The notes beneath the pieces are model-generated. The model was not told where the DNA came from and made no database searches. It was given only the letters and a program-made list of their open reading frames with translations. A program made the position numbers and the translations under genes. This document shows positions 47,800 to 57,809 of a DNA stretch of 64,000 nucleotides, piece after piece (position 1 is the first letter of the stretch; each line of letters opens with the position of its first letter). Origin of the DNA: a virus (Duplodnaviria; Caudoviricetes). The DNA lies in IMG/VR virus record IMGVR_UViG_3300013947_000019, positions 128,001-192,000 of that record, one strand, 5' to 3'.

Positions 47800-49796
47800 C
47801 TAAGAGAAATATCAATACAAATATGAGGTCTGAATCCTAAGGTTACGCTATAATGATTACTACTAATAGCGCCATCACTATCAACTGAATCATTATACCC
47901 AGATGAAGATGAAGTAAGAGCCCACCAATAAGAAGCTTCTCCCTTGTATCTACAAATACGATTAGCATTATTTTTATAATAACTAAATCCGCTATTTAAT
48001 TGTGTTCTTGATGGTAAAAATACCTTTCCAGTATAGCTATCTATAGTTTGAGCTACCATATAATTTTGAGCAGTACTAGAGAAATTAGAAAGATATTCTG
48101 TACATTTAGTAGTTAATACTGTAGATGTACATTCTTCAACGATAGTACTATTAGCCAAATACCATTTCGTTCCCTCATTATGAACTACTAAGAAGCTCTT
48201 ATCATCAAACGTTACGGTATTACCAACAACAAGATCACCAGTCAGAGGAATATTAGTAGATTGAGGCTTTGCTTTTCGAATACAAACAATACCTGAACCA
48301 CCTTTGCCGCCAGAAGAATAACTTGCTGAATTAGTACCTTGACCGCCGCCACCACCACCACCAGTATTAGCCATTCCTGCACCTGCTGGATATTTATAGT
48401 TTCCTCCATTACCTCCTCCACCTTTACCACCAGAACCTGCACCACCATTTACATCATAATCAGCGATATTAGTAGAGTTGCATCCTCCACCACCTCCGCC
48501 TGCGTACAGCTTACCGGAAGATTCTCCAAATTCTCTAGTGGTAGTACCTTGACCAGATCCAGCAGAAGTACTTGCACCATCAGAACCACCTTTACCACCA
48601 GTATATGCACCACCATCACCACCAGCAGAGCCTCCATCAGCAGTAGTAGAATTAGTTCTTCCTCCCTTACCACCATTAGCTGAAAGAATATTACCAAAAC
48701 TTGTAGTTTCTCCATTAGATCCAGTAGAACCATTAGCTCCACCATTACCAATTGTGACATCAATTCTTGTATTTGCTGTAATTTTATTATTAAGACGTGT
48801 AGCAGTATATCCTCCTCCTCCACCAGAAGATCCGGAAGTACTAGAGCGATTTCCGCCTCCTCCACCGCCACCAACACAGAAAATATCAATATTATTATCA
48901 TCTAATAATTTAAACTCACCAGAACTTAATAACTCAACAACACCATCTTCAAATCGAATTCGATAATCACCAGTATAAGTAAAATCAAGCCCAGAGTTAT
49001 TGATATTAATTACAATATGCGGACGGAAGCCATTCCCTAATGTTGGAGTAGAACTTCCAGTTATTTCACCAGATGCATATACATAACGCATACCATTAGA
49101 AGATGTCCCATATCTATCTGACATCCACCAAGCTCTAGCTGAATCATTATAATTACAAATACGGTTTGTATTGCTATTATAATACTCAAATCCTCCATTA
49201 CACTGATCATATGTAGGAACAAATACCTTAGCAGTAACATATTCCACAGTTACATCTAAGCAGTATTCCTTAGCAATAGTACTTAGCTGCTCACTCTCAT
49301 ATGTACTAGCAACATTAGCAAGTGTAGAATTTTTATATGCTAAGTTTCCAGTGCTAAAAGAAGTTATACTATAGATATCTTTTGCGGCTAAATACCAATG
49401 TGTACCTTCCTGATGAACAACTCTCCAAGATTTATTGTCAAAGGTGACCAAGTTGCCAACTGCCAAGTCACCAACCAAAGGGATAAAGTCATTACGGAAG
49501 TCAACAAAGTAGTCGACTGTACCACTCTTGATAGTCACTGTCTTGCTGACAGTCTTTCCACCAACGGTACCGGTAATAGACCATTCTCCTTCAGGGTTAT
49601 CTTCAGGAAGTGTGATCTTTGCTGCACCAATAGAACTGATATATTTACTATCTACAGATACACCATCTTTTACTGCAGTAAAAGTAGTAGTTGTAGCTAC
49701 TGTAGGAATAGTTAACCAAATTGAATACGTACCACCAACAGTTGAACCAGAGGTGGCATATCCAATCGATATAGCATTACCATATATGATAGCCAT
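47787..49796 (-). CDS. Receptor-binding protein with two CLec-like domains and a glycine-rich domain
   Basis: Two VTFD..WRVVH...WW...GFRPH domains paralogous to the DGR target; GGGGGG repeats. Confidence 0.75.
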   Translation of the reverse strand: MAIIYGNAISIGYATSGSTVGGTYSIWLTIPTVATTTTFTAVKDGVSVDSKYISSIGAAKITLPEDNPEGEWSITGTVGGKTVSKTVTIKSGTVDYFVDFRNDFIPLVGDLAVGNLVTFDNKSWRVVHQEGTHWYLAAKDIYSITSFSTGNLAYKNSTLANVASTYESEQLSTIAKEYCLDVTVEYVTAKVFVPTYDQCNGGFEYYNSNTNRICNYNDSARAWWMSDRYGTSSNGMRYVYASGEITGSSTPTLGNGFRPHIVININNSGLDFTYTGDYRIRFEDGVVELLSSGEFKLLDDNNIDIFCVGGGGGGGNRSSTSGSSGGGGGYTATRLNNKITANTRIDVTIGNGGANGSTGSNGETTSFGNILSANGGKGGRTNSTTADGGSAGGDGGAYTGGKGGSDGASTSAGSGQGTTTREFGESSGKLYAGGGGGGCNSTNIADYDVNGGAGSGGKGGGGNGGNYKYPAGAGMANTGGGGGGGQGTNSASYSSGGKGGSGIVCIRKAKPQSTNIPLTGDLVVGNTVTFDDKSFLVVHNEGTKWYLANSTIVEECTSTVLTTKCTEYLSNFSSTAQNYMVAQTIDSYTGKVFLPSRTQLNSGFSYYKNNANRICRYKGEASYWWALTSSSSGYNDSVDSDGAISSNHYSVTLGFRPHICIDISLSGRL

Positions 49797-49867
49797 ATAA
49801 AATGGACCTCCTTTTTATATATTAAAATAGATAGGGTAGTGCTGGATGCACTACCCCACTTTTATAT

Positions 49868-51223
49868 TTAAATAGTAACCCAAGTTTCAGATGAGTCATT
49901 ATATAATTTAGCTTCCTGGGGTTGCGCTAAACCATTCTCATCACCAATATATACTGCATCTATACCCAATTCTAATTGTGTATCTGAATTATTAATAGCT
50001 TTCCACATATTAGTACTTGAATTACTTTTAATTAATAGATGATTATATTTAAGTGGAGGATTTATTGTAAAAGATGAATAAAATCCTGCAGATCTAACAC
50101 CGTGTAACAACATAACACCATTTCTAACATTCATACTATTTTCATAATCACAAATATATGGTATAGTAAGAGTTAATTTCTCAAATGTGTTATTAGTTGT
50201 ATTAAATTTATAACAGTAATCACAAGTATTTATGCCTGCTCCACCCATATCATAAAAATTCGTCATAGACTTAAAATAATATATATAATCGCCCATTACA
50301 TACACTTTACCAAATGCTACACTCTCTGGTATAGTAGCAACAACTGATATACTATTAGATGTTAAATCATACATACGTACTGAATTTACAGAATAATCAT
50401 AGTCTTGGCGATATCCAGTTGTTCCACCAAACATATACAAATATCTATTATCTTTTATACAAACTGCTTGACCACAGTATCTATAAGTAGATGTATCATA
50501 CCTAATACGCGTAAAAGTGTCTGTTGTTGTATCAAATTTATTTATATTACCATTCGTATAATTATAATCAGAACCTTCATAACCTCCAACCAAATAGATA
50601 TCTGTACCATTTCTACAACAACCCATAAGAGCAGAACTAGATAAAAATGTACTATTATCTACTTTAGTTAATGTTGGAGAATCAGTATTTGTGCCATCTA
50701 TTTTAATATATGATCTAAATGAAGCTTGTGAATAACCATTTATACCACCAAAGGAATATAATTTATGACCAACTCCTACTAGACTTACACCCCAAGAATA
50801 CGGAATTCCATAAGTGGTTAATGATGATCCATTATCTGAAATAGCCACATAAAATGTTAATTCTCCAGTATTAATATTTAATTTACAAATATTTACACCA
50901 GAATATGTAGTGCTATTTTTTGAATATTGATAATAAACATAACAAAATACACCATCATCATTATCAGCAATAGATATTATCTGATAAGAAGTAGGCGTAT
51001 TTGAAAATCCAGTAGAATTTAGTGTATATTTAAATTGCTTAATAGTATTATTGCTTAAATCAACATTGGGGGTAATTTGTATATTTATTGGATTAATACC
51101 ACTGCACCATAGTTTACTCGTATCACTCGGAGGAGTAGAACCATAATCAATATTCAATTGCACTCCTTTATTAGCACGGCTACCACCACGAATAGTAACA
51201 CCATTACCCATGATAGTTCCCAT
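49868..51223 (-). CDS. Kelch-repeat beta-propeller tail protein
   Basis: LYSFGG, IYLVGG and LYMFGG repeats. Confidence 0.7.
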   Translation of the reverse strand: MGTIMGNGVTIRGGSRANKGVQLNIDYGSTPPSDTSKLWCSGINPINIQITPNVDLSNNTIKQFKYTLNSTGFSNTPTSYQIISIADNDDGVFCYVYYQYSKNSTTYSGVNICKLNINTGELTFYVAISDNGSSLTTYGIPYSWGVSLVGVGHKLYSFGGINGYSQASFRSYIKIDGTNTDSPTLTKVDNSTFLSSSALMGCCRNGTDIYLVGGYEGSDYNYTNGNINKFDTTTDTFTRIRYDTSTYRYCGQAVCIKDNRYLYMFGGTTGYRQDYDYSVNSVRMYDLTSNSISVVATIPESVAFGKVYVMGDYIYYFKSMTNFYDMGGAGINTCDYCYKFNTTNNTFEKLTLTIPYICDYENSMNVRNGVMLLHGVRSAGFYSSFTINPPLKYNHLLIKSNSSTNMWKAINNSDTQLELGIDAVYIGDENGLAQPQEAKLYNDSSETWVTI

Positions 51224-51224
51224 C

Positions 51225-51662
51225 TTACTTCACCTCCGAAACAGTAACTAAAACTGTTACATCAGTTTCAGGAACAGCATCCATACATTCAGCATGAATA
51301 GTACCATCCACATTCAAGAACTGCAGAAAGCTACTACCAGCATCCAAGAATGCGCCATATGCAACCGTGTTCAGAGTAGGATCAATCTTACTCTTAGCAG
51401 TAGTACCAGCAATGGTAACATTCTGACTATATACGACTTGATTACCACTATCAGTTCCTTCTGTCCAACTATCAGCTTTTAATACAACTTCGATATATGG
51501 ATCCTTTGTTGCATCCTTTGTAGCAAAGGTTTCAAGCTTTTGACTGACCGTTGTATTATCTGTTTCTGACATGATAACTGCATCGGCTGTAGTCTCTAAA
51601 CGGACGACATCATAACTGCCCTCCGCGTTCCTTCTGTGTAATCTCTGTTTTAGAACGGCCAT
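51225..51662 (-). CDS. Tail-fibre adaptor with MAxLKQRL N-module
   Basis: MAVLKQRLHRRNAEGSYD N-terminus paralogous to 19295, 46260 and 54043. Confidence 0.65.
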   Translation of the reverse strand: MAVLKQRLHRRNAEGSYDVVRLETTADAVIMSETDNTTVSQKLETFATKDATKDPYIEVVLKADSWTEGTDSGNQVVYSQNVTIAGTTAKSKIDPTLNTVAYGAFLDAGSSFLQFLNVDGTIHAECMDAVPETDVTVLVTVSEVK

Positions 51663-51732
51663 TTTCACCACTTTCCTTTCTAAAACCCCTTCAGAGGGTA
51701 GTTTAGAGCAAAATGCACTTTTGGACTTTATC

Positions 51733-51756
51733 TGCCAAAAACTAGAAAATCGGATC
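51733..51756 (-). repeat. Degenerate 24-bp recombination-like site 3
   Basis: + strand TGCCAAAAACT-AG-AAAATCGGATC. Confidence 0.4.
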
Positions 51757-51767
51757 GATTAAGATAT

Positions 51768-52412
51768 TTACCATGCATAACAATTAAATCCAATAGTTGC
51801 TAATTCATTTTTAATAGCTGATGTCATACCACCGGTTATTAATAAATATCGAGAATAATTAGCATTAAAATTACCACTAGGATATCCACCAATAAAATAA
51901 TTTATAGTTTCACCAGATTCTAATTTTAGTGTAATATAATTCCAATATGGGTCATATACTGTCATACTAGTAAATTTAGTAAGAGGAGATATGTATGTGT
52001 TATTGCTTCCTAAATATACTGAATATGTTGCAGTTAAATATCCTGATATAGTATATGTTTTATCTAAATGATTAGAAGGCATACTACGAGTATATAACTC
52101 TCCAATATATTGAATGACTAATCCTTGATTTATATTCCTGATATTACTAGCCATTTGCGAGAAGGCAGTAGAAGCTGCTGTGCTAACACCTTTGTCAGTA
52201 ATCGCACTCGCAATCTGCGCCTTCCCGCTACTGACAGATGTTTTTAGTTCGTTATATTGAGCTACTGTAACATATGTACCATTGTGGTTATGATTCGCTG
52301 CTGCATAATTGCCCTTAGGCTGGTAGTTTTCTGGTTTAATGATCCGGCCAGTACCATCATATCCTTTGTATATCAATCCGGTTTGACCTGTCACAAGCTG
52401 GCCGGATTTCAG
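51768..52412 (-). CDS. Headless tail-fibre cassette B
   Basis: Frame LKSGQLVTGQTGLIYKG starts at the CT of site 4; no SD; ITDKGV module. Confidence 0.7.
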   Translation of the reverse strand: MKSGQLVTGQTGLIYKGYDGTGRIIKPENYQPKGNYAAANHNHNGTYVTVAQYNELKTSVSSGKAQIASAITDKGVSTAASTAFSQMASNIRNINQGLVIQYIGELYTRSMPSNHLDKTYTISGYLTATYSVYLGSNNTYISPLTKFTSMTVYDPYWNYITLKLESGETINYFIGGYPSGNFNANYSRYLLITGGMTSAIKNELATIGFNCYAW

Positions 52413-52423
52413 AAATCACGGCA
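52400..52423 (-). repeat. 24-bp recombination-like site 4
   Basis: + strand GGCCGGATTTC-AG-AAATCACGGCA; terminator hairpin at 52432-52454 upstream. Confidence 0.75.
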
Positions 52424-52461
52424 AGAGAAGAACCTCCCCTATTTTAGGGGAGGTGTTCTTT

Positions 52462-52629
52462 TTAACCAGCTATATTTTCAGGGTACTTCTCATCCAGTAG
52501 ATCACAAAGTTCACTATACTGATCTTCAGTAAGTCTCTTCTTAGCATAAAACATATCCAGACGTTCCTGTGCTTCTTCTCGAGTTTTATAGAAATGACGA
52601 TTAATTAAAATCTTCATAGATCTATACAT
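52462..52629 (-). CDS. Small XkdX-like tail-fibre-associated protein (55 aa, absent from the ORF track)
   Basis: GGAGGA SD; MYRSMKILI...LDMFY...LTEDQYSEL. Confidence 0.55.
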   Translation of the reverse strand: MYRSMKILINRHFYKTREEAQERLDMFYAKKRLTEDQYSELCDLLDEKYPENIAG

Positions 52630-52632
52630 AAA

Positions 52633-52944
52633 TTATTCCTCCCCTAAGTCAGTAATATCTTCTTGATATACAGATTCAACTGTTTCAGCAAGAGATTGTT
52701 CGAGTTCTGTAGCATCATCGATAGCCTTCTGCTCAGCAGTTTTTACCTCAACACCATCTCGATAAAATTTATTTTCATTAAGATTATATTGATCACCCAC
52801 TGCAGCAGGAATTGATCCAAGACATTTACAATTTGGAAACTCGGGAGCATTTTCATCCGCCATCCAAATAATGTTAGTGACAATATTATTCTCATCTAAT
52901 AAAGCATAATTCTGTACTAGATTATGATTTTCAACTGCATACAT
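52633..52944 (-). CDS. Probable tail-fibre assembly chaperone
   Basis: YALLDENNIVTNII...VGDQY pattern; follows a glycine-rich fibre gene. Confidence 0.55.
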   Translation of the reverse strand: MYAVENHNLVQNYALLDENNIVTNIIWMADENAPEFPNCKCLGSIPAAVGDQYNLNENKFYRDGVEVKTAEQKAIDDATELEQSLAETVESVYQEDITDLGEE

Positions 52945-52971
52945 TAAAATATTACTCCTTTCTTATTTTAA

Positions 52972-54021
52972 TTAACGCGCATTACGGATACAAACTATAC
53001 CTGAACCACCAGCACCACTATTGCGCCTAATTAATTGATTTTCAGGATTACTTCTAAAGTATCCTCCACCGCCACCACCAGATCCAGTATTGATAGTGCC
53101 ACCAGTTACATCTCTAATTAATCCTCCAGTATCTTTATGTCCCTCGTATACCTGAAGACCCTGTCCACCGCCACCATTTCCAGGAAAAGTATCACGTAAA
53201 TGCATAGCTGCACCACCTCCACCAGCATATAACTTACCTGTAGCTTCTCCAAATTCTCTGGTGGTGGTACCTTGACTTGTACCAAAATACTTTTTACCTA
53301 GTGTTCCTGTATATGGTGCAGCAGATCCTTCACTAGGATTACTATATGATAATCCACCATCAGACCCGCCATACATTGTAAATATACGTTGAGATAATGT
53401 ACTACCCGTTACACTTGGAGCACCAGATGATCCGCCATTAGATGCAGTGGTATTTGCCATTGTTAAATTCTTAGCAGTTGCAGCGGTTCCACCGTTTACA
53501 CTATATGATCCAAATGATGTCATTCCTCCATTATTTCCAGGTGTGTAATCGCTAGCATCATTATCAGTATTATATGCAGCAGATTCACCACCTGCACCAA
53601 TTATAATTTTAAAAGTATTACCTTTAGTTATAGATAATGATCTAACAGTTTTAGTATAACCAGAGCCGCCACCATGTCCACCCATACCATTAGAACTGCC
53701 CATAGCATAACCAACACCACCAGAAGCTCCACCACCAACCATAAATACATCAATCTTACTAGCAGTATTTCCAAGATCACCTATAGTTAACGTTCCACTA
53801 GTTTTGAAACGAATGACAAAATTTCCTTCTAAGTTTCCTTCAGTAGCATAACTGCCAGTATAAGTAAAAGCAAACGGTGTGCTAGCAGAGTAAAATAATC
53901 TGGCTTTTCCACCTACACCAATATATGCTTTCTGCACCTTTCTTGCCTTACCATTTACACCAATATAGATATTCTTTACTAATCGTGCCTTACTGCTCAC
54001 ACCAATATATAAATTAGCCAT
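52972..54021 (-). CDS. Glycine-rich tail-fibre tip protein
   Basis: IYIGVNGKARKV repeats, VGGGASGG, GTTTREFGE..GKLYAGGG shared with 47787. Confidence 0.7.
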   Translation of the reverse strand: MANLYIGVSSKARLVKNIYIGVNGKARKVQKAYIGVGGKARLFYSASTPFAFTYTGSYATEGNLEGNFVIRFKTSGTLTIGDLGNTASKIDVFMVGGGASGGVGYAMGSSNGMGGHGGGSGYTKTVRSLSITKGNTFKIIIGAGGESAAYNTDNDASDYTPGNNGGMTSFGSYSVNGGTAATAKNLTMANTTASNGGSSGAPSVTGSTLSQRIFTMYGGSDGGLSYSNPSEGSAAPYTGTLGKKYFGTSQGTTTREFGEATGKLYAGGGGAAMHLRDTFPGNGGGGQGLQVYEGHKDTGGLIRDVTGGTINTGSGGGGGGYFRSNPENQLIRRNSGAGGSGIVCIRNAR

Positions 54022-54042
54022 CTCCAATACACCTCCAATAAT

Positions 54043-54417
54043 TTAGCTATACTGAAGATAGATTCTACCGGTAGTAAGAGCTGTTGTTCCAGAAGTCATT
54101 GCACTTGTTCCTGCATAAATTGCTCTAGCAGAAGCTGTACCAACAGCTGTATCTAAAGTTGTCTGACCTGTACCACCTCTTGCTACTGCTAATGTACCAC
54201 TGGTAATATTAGCAGCTGAATGATTGTGAGAAGCTGCTGCATAGCTACCAGCTGGCTGTTTTCCATTAATAGCAGTATCCATGCTAGCAATTTTTGAACT
54301 AAGCAAAGTATTGTCTGTATCTGACATCTTGATCACAGTGGCAATAGTTTCAAGATATATGATATCATAGGTACCGCTATCATTTTTCCTATTTAATCTT
54401 TGTTTCAAGATAGCCAT
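54043..54417 (-). CDS. Short tail-fibre protein with MAILKQRL N-module
   Basis: N-module, SHNH, GTLAVARGGTG. Confidence 0.7.
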   Translation of the reverse strand: MAILKQRLNRKNDSGTYDIIYLETIATVIKMSDTDNTLLSSKIASMDTAINGKQPAGSYAAASHNHSAANITSGTLAVARGGTGQTTLDTAVGTASARAIYAGTSAMTSGTTALTTGRIYLQYS

Positions 54418-54457
54418 AGTTGGGCTCCTTTCTAGAAATGAATGCTTCCACCAGATT

Positions 54458-54481
54458 GGCCCAACTTCAGAAAATCCGGTC
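54458..54481 (-). repeat. 24-bp recombination-like site 5
   Basis: + strand GGCCCAACTTC-AG-AAAATCCGGTC; terminator at 54505-54530 upstream. Confidence 0.7.
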
Positions 54482-54539
54482 TATGGTGAATAAAAGAAAA
54501 AGAATACCCCTGGGAATATTCCCAGGGGTAATTCTATCA

Positions 54540-55802
54540 TTACTTAAACATCAACTTATACGTACGGTTACTGTTTGCATCCGTAGCACGTGCTTTATTT
54601 AAATCAAATCTCATACGAGTCTTCTTTTTCTTAGGTAAGATCTCTTTATAGTCATCACCATTCAGAATCTTACCATTCTTGGTACTGACAGCAACAAACT
54701 TCCAATCGCCAGTAGGATCAAGAGGATCACATAACACCTGTACATTATATGTACCTTCTAACTGTACATTGCGTTCCCATGGTGTCAATTTAATCTTATC
54801 TTTATTCTCCATCAGTGTCTTGGCAAATTCACCAGCTAATATTTTCTGATCAGCATCACTCATACTGCTTTTCTTCTGACGTTCAATTTTTCCATATGGA
54901 GAATCATCATCGTCATCATCGTCCAGCATATTACGACTAATTCCTCTGACCATTGTCAGGCTTTTCTTACCACCGCCATCTTTATCCTTCTTGCCTTTTT
55001 TACCTTTCTTCCCACTTCCAGTATCAATATCATCCATACCACCACGCAGAATACGAGCAGCCATATTGGCGACAGCTTTACTGCTATCAGAACCTTCAGT
55101 TTCTTTCTTATCTTTCTCTTTCTTATATTCCAGATCAGAAATAACCTTAGCAATACTACCAAGTTCTTTAACAGCACTGAGCTTTGAATTCTTTGCACTG
55201 ATCATATTACCAATCTGACTAGAACGATACATTGTCTTCGCATTATTTCGACTATTATTCAGATCCGCTTCAATATCAGCAGCAATCTTATCAAACTCAA
55301 AGATAGTATCTTGCAGCATACTGACAACAGGAGCAAAACGTTTACCATAAGTAGTATCAAGAGTAGTCATATTTGCTTTGCGAGCTTTCGCTTTACTCTT
55401 ACGACTATCCTTATAGCCATCATTCTCCTCATCATCTTCATCAATATCATCTTCATCGGTCTGATCATCAAACATATGATCAGCATTATTGAAGACCATA
55501 TTTAGCAGATTCTCTTTCTTCTTTTTCAGTTTCTTCTTGGACTGAGATTTCTTGCTATCACGATAATCCTCAGTCTTCTGATAAGCAGTAACTTTCTGTT
55601 TTTCTTCTTTATATTTCTGAAGTTTAGCTTCAAGAGAAGAAATATCAGCAGTCAGTGCTGCCTTCTTCTGATCAGTATGAGATGCAGTTGGTTTTAATAC
55701 AATAAAACCATCTTTATCTCGATCCATATCATTTAAACCAGAAGCATCTCGATATCGTTCTTTACCCATTTCAAGAATATCTAAATCAATATGATTCGGC
55801 AT
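54540..55802 (-). CDS. Hypothetical highly charged protein
   Basis: 420-aa ORF, K- and D-rich tracts, late-type promoter. Confidence 0.7.
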   Translation of the reverse strand: MPNHIDLDILEMGKERYRDASGLNDMDRDKDGFIVLKPTASHTDQKKAALTADISSLEAKLQKYKEEKQKVTAYQKTEDYRDSKKSQSKKKLKKKKENLLNMVFNNADHMFDDQTDEDDIDEDDEENDGYKDSRKSKAKARKANMTTLDTTYGKRFAPVVSMLQDTIFEFDKIAADIEADLNNSRNNAKTMYRSSQIGNMISAKNSKLSAVKELGSIAKVISDLEYKKEKDKKETEGSDSSKAVANMAARILRGGMDDIDTGSGKKGKKGKKDKDGGGKKSLTMVRGISRNMLDDDDDDDSPYGKIERQKKSSMSDADQKILAGEFAKTLMENKDKIKLTPWERNVQLEGTYNVQVLCDPLDPTGDWKFVAVSTKNGKILNGDDYKEILPKKKKTRMRFDLNKARATDANSNRTYKLMFK

Positions 55803-55933
55803 ATCTATAACTCTCCTTTCGAGATAATACTATTAGGAAGTCTATTATAGGTATGTCAAAATCATGTTTTTGTACAAAAATGTTATATTTAATAGAAACC
55901 CCCTCTCCAATAATTGGAGAGGGGTGATTAATT

Positions 55934-56167
55934 TTATTCAGTAGGATTGTTCAAATAATCCAGATATGCAGCGAGTGCTTCTTCAGGAGTATTGAACTCT
56001 TTATTCAGAGTATCTTCAATAACCAATACTCTATCAATATTGGTGATATATCCGCGACGACCAGTGCAGATAACATCCTCATTCTCGTAGTTAAAATTCT
56101 TAATACCAAGAGCTATACGTGCATCAGGAGCAGTCTCCCCAGCTTTAACAACATAACCAGTATACAT
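55934..56167 (-). CDS. Small protein downstream of cassette C (possible fibre chaperone)
   Basis: AGGAGG SD, 77 aa. Confidence 0.55.
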   Translation of the reverse strand: MYTGYVVKAGETAPDARIALGIKNFNYENEDVICTGRRGYITNIDRVLVIEDTLNKEFNTPEEALAAYLDYLNNPTE

Positions 56168-56192
56168 AGTATTTATTCCTCCTTGATAAAAA

Positions 56193-57809
56193 TTAGTTAA
56201 TATTAGTAACTACACCATTTTTAATAACAGCTGCTAGTTGGATCGAGAATCCATCGGCAGACTGATAATAAACTTGATTTACACCAAAGTTAAGTTTCGT
56301 CTTTCCATCATTATACATCTCAGTAGAATTGAAATAAGAAGAAGGATCACAGACTATAGTTCCAGGTTCTAAGTCAGTACTATTAATAGCAAATTTAGCA
56401 ATAGTATGATACCATTTACGATTAGCGTAGTTTGATCCACTACCGTGGTAATATCCACCAATAAGATATACATTTCCTTTATAGTAACCATAGTAATAAA
56501 TATAACCATTACCATATTGTTGTGGCAATATACTATCAAGACCTGACGTGATTCCTGTTTTTATGTTATAAATACTAACACTTTGACATGCAATAACATC
56601 AGTATCTGCTGTTCCAGTTGACATTGCGCCGAATGTATATAATAAATCACCAATCTGAATACAGCTTCCACCAGTTCTATATGTGGCAGAACTACTAGAA
56701 CCAGTATAATGATAAATAATTTTAAGTTCAGATAATGCATATTTTGTAATAAGATTTGTTGCTAAATCTATTTTTCCGTTTAAACCACAGTTAGAAGTTC
56801 CACTAATTCCACCAAAGAATTCTAGTGCATTATCATTTAAAACAAAAGGACCGTTATAAATAAAACTCATATCTCTAATATCAGCTAGCATTGTTATAGT
56901 ATTAGTATCTAAATCAATTACATGTATTGAATGATATGATCCAGAATTAGCTACCATAATATATAATTTATTTCCAATGATTTTAGTAGAATTAATACTC
57001 TGAACTGAACCATATCCAGATTGCACTAAGTCATATCTTGTTGTAACTGCAGTTTTAGTATTATAAACCCACATATATACTACTAAATTAGCATTGTTAC
57101 TGCCGCCAATATATCCCAAAGCATATATATTATCATTATATGTTAGATTAGTATTGCTGAAATTTGTTGCATCTAATCTTCCATTTGCTTCATACGATGG
57201 TTTAGATGGTAGATATGGTACTACCGTATAAATATCAGTATCAATATCATATGCATAACTGTAATTATTAACAGTATTTGATATTACTGCAGTTCCAGGA
57301 CCATCATTACCGGTGGTACCACTAATTCTATATCCACCTAAACAATATAAAACACTACCAATTAAACCAGACCAACCACCACATAAACAATATTCTGTTT
57401 CTGTTTTAATATTATTAGCCGTTCCATCTGCTGTATAAATACCACTTTTAATCTGAATATCATTTATCTCAGAAGAGGCGCGTTTAACCCATAGACCATT
57501 TTGTGCAGTAGGTTGAGTAGTTTGACAAAAGATATTTAATGAACTATCACCACTATATGAATTGATGGATCGAATATTAGTTGCCATCTGATCAAACATT
57601 TCAGTAGAAGCAGTAGGTACACCTTTTTCAGTGATAGCTTCAGATATTTTTTCTTTACCATACTTTACAAGTTCATCATTCATTTCACCTACTACTCCTT
57701 CCACTTCAGATTTTAAAGCATAATCATCTGGTGTAATAATCCGGCCAGTACCATCACTACCTTTATATATAAGACCTGTACTACCTGTCACAAGCTGGCC
57801 GGAACTCAG
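56193..57809 (-). CDS. Headless tail-fibre cassette C (Kelch beta-propeller)
   Basis: Frame LSSGQLVTGSTGLIYKG starts at the CT of site 6; no SD; ITEKGV module; LYCLGG and VYLIGG repeats. Confidence 0.7.
   Translation of the reverse strand: MSSGQLVTGSTGLIYKGSDGTGRIITPDDYALKSEVEGVVGEMNDELVKYGKEKISEAITEKGVPTASTEMFDQMATNIRSINSYSGDSSLNIFCQTTQPTAQNGLWVKRASSEINDIQIKSGIYTADGTANNIKTETEYCLCGGWSGLIGSVLYCLGGYRISGTTGNDGPGTAVISNTVNNYSYAYDIDTDIYTVVPYLPSKPSYEANGRLDATNFSNTNLTYNDNIYALGYIGGSNNANLVVYMWVYNTKTAVTTRYDLVQSGYGSVQSINSTKIIGNKLYIMVANSGSYHSIHVIDLDTNTITMLADIRDMSFIYNGPFVLNDNALEFFGGISGTSNCGLNGKIDLATNLITKYALSELKIIYHYTGSSSSATYRTGGSCIQIGDLLYTFGAMSTGTADTDVIACQSVSIYNIKTGITSGLDSILPQQYGNGYIYYYGYYKGNVYLIGGYYHGSGSNYANRKWYHTIAKFAINSTDLEPGTIVCDPSSYFNSTEMYNDGKTKLNFGVNQVYYQSADGFSIQLAAVIKNGVVTNIN

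Noticed and set aside
47820-49140. The two CLec-like domain ends in CDS 47787 as extra DGR variable repeats
   Set aside because: Protein motifs match (WW...GFRPH), but the DNA differs from the TR at many non-adenine positions (for example GGCTTCCGTCCG vs GGGTTTCGCCCG) and in length, so they are not targets of this TR
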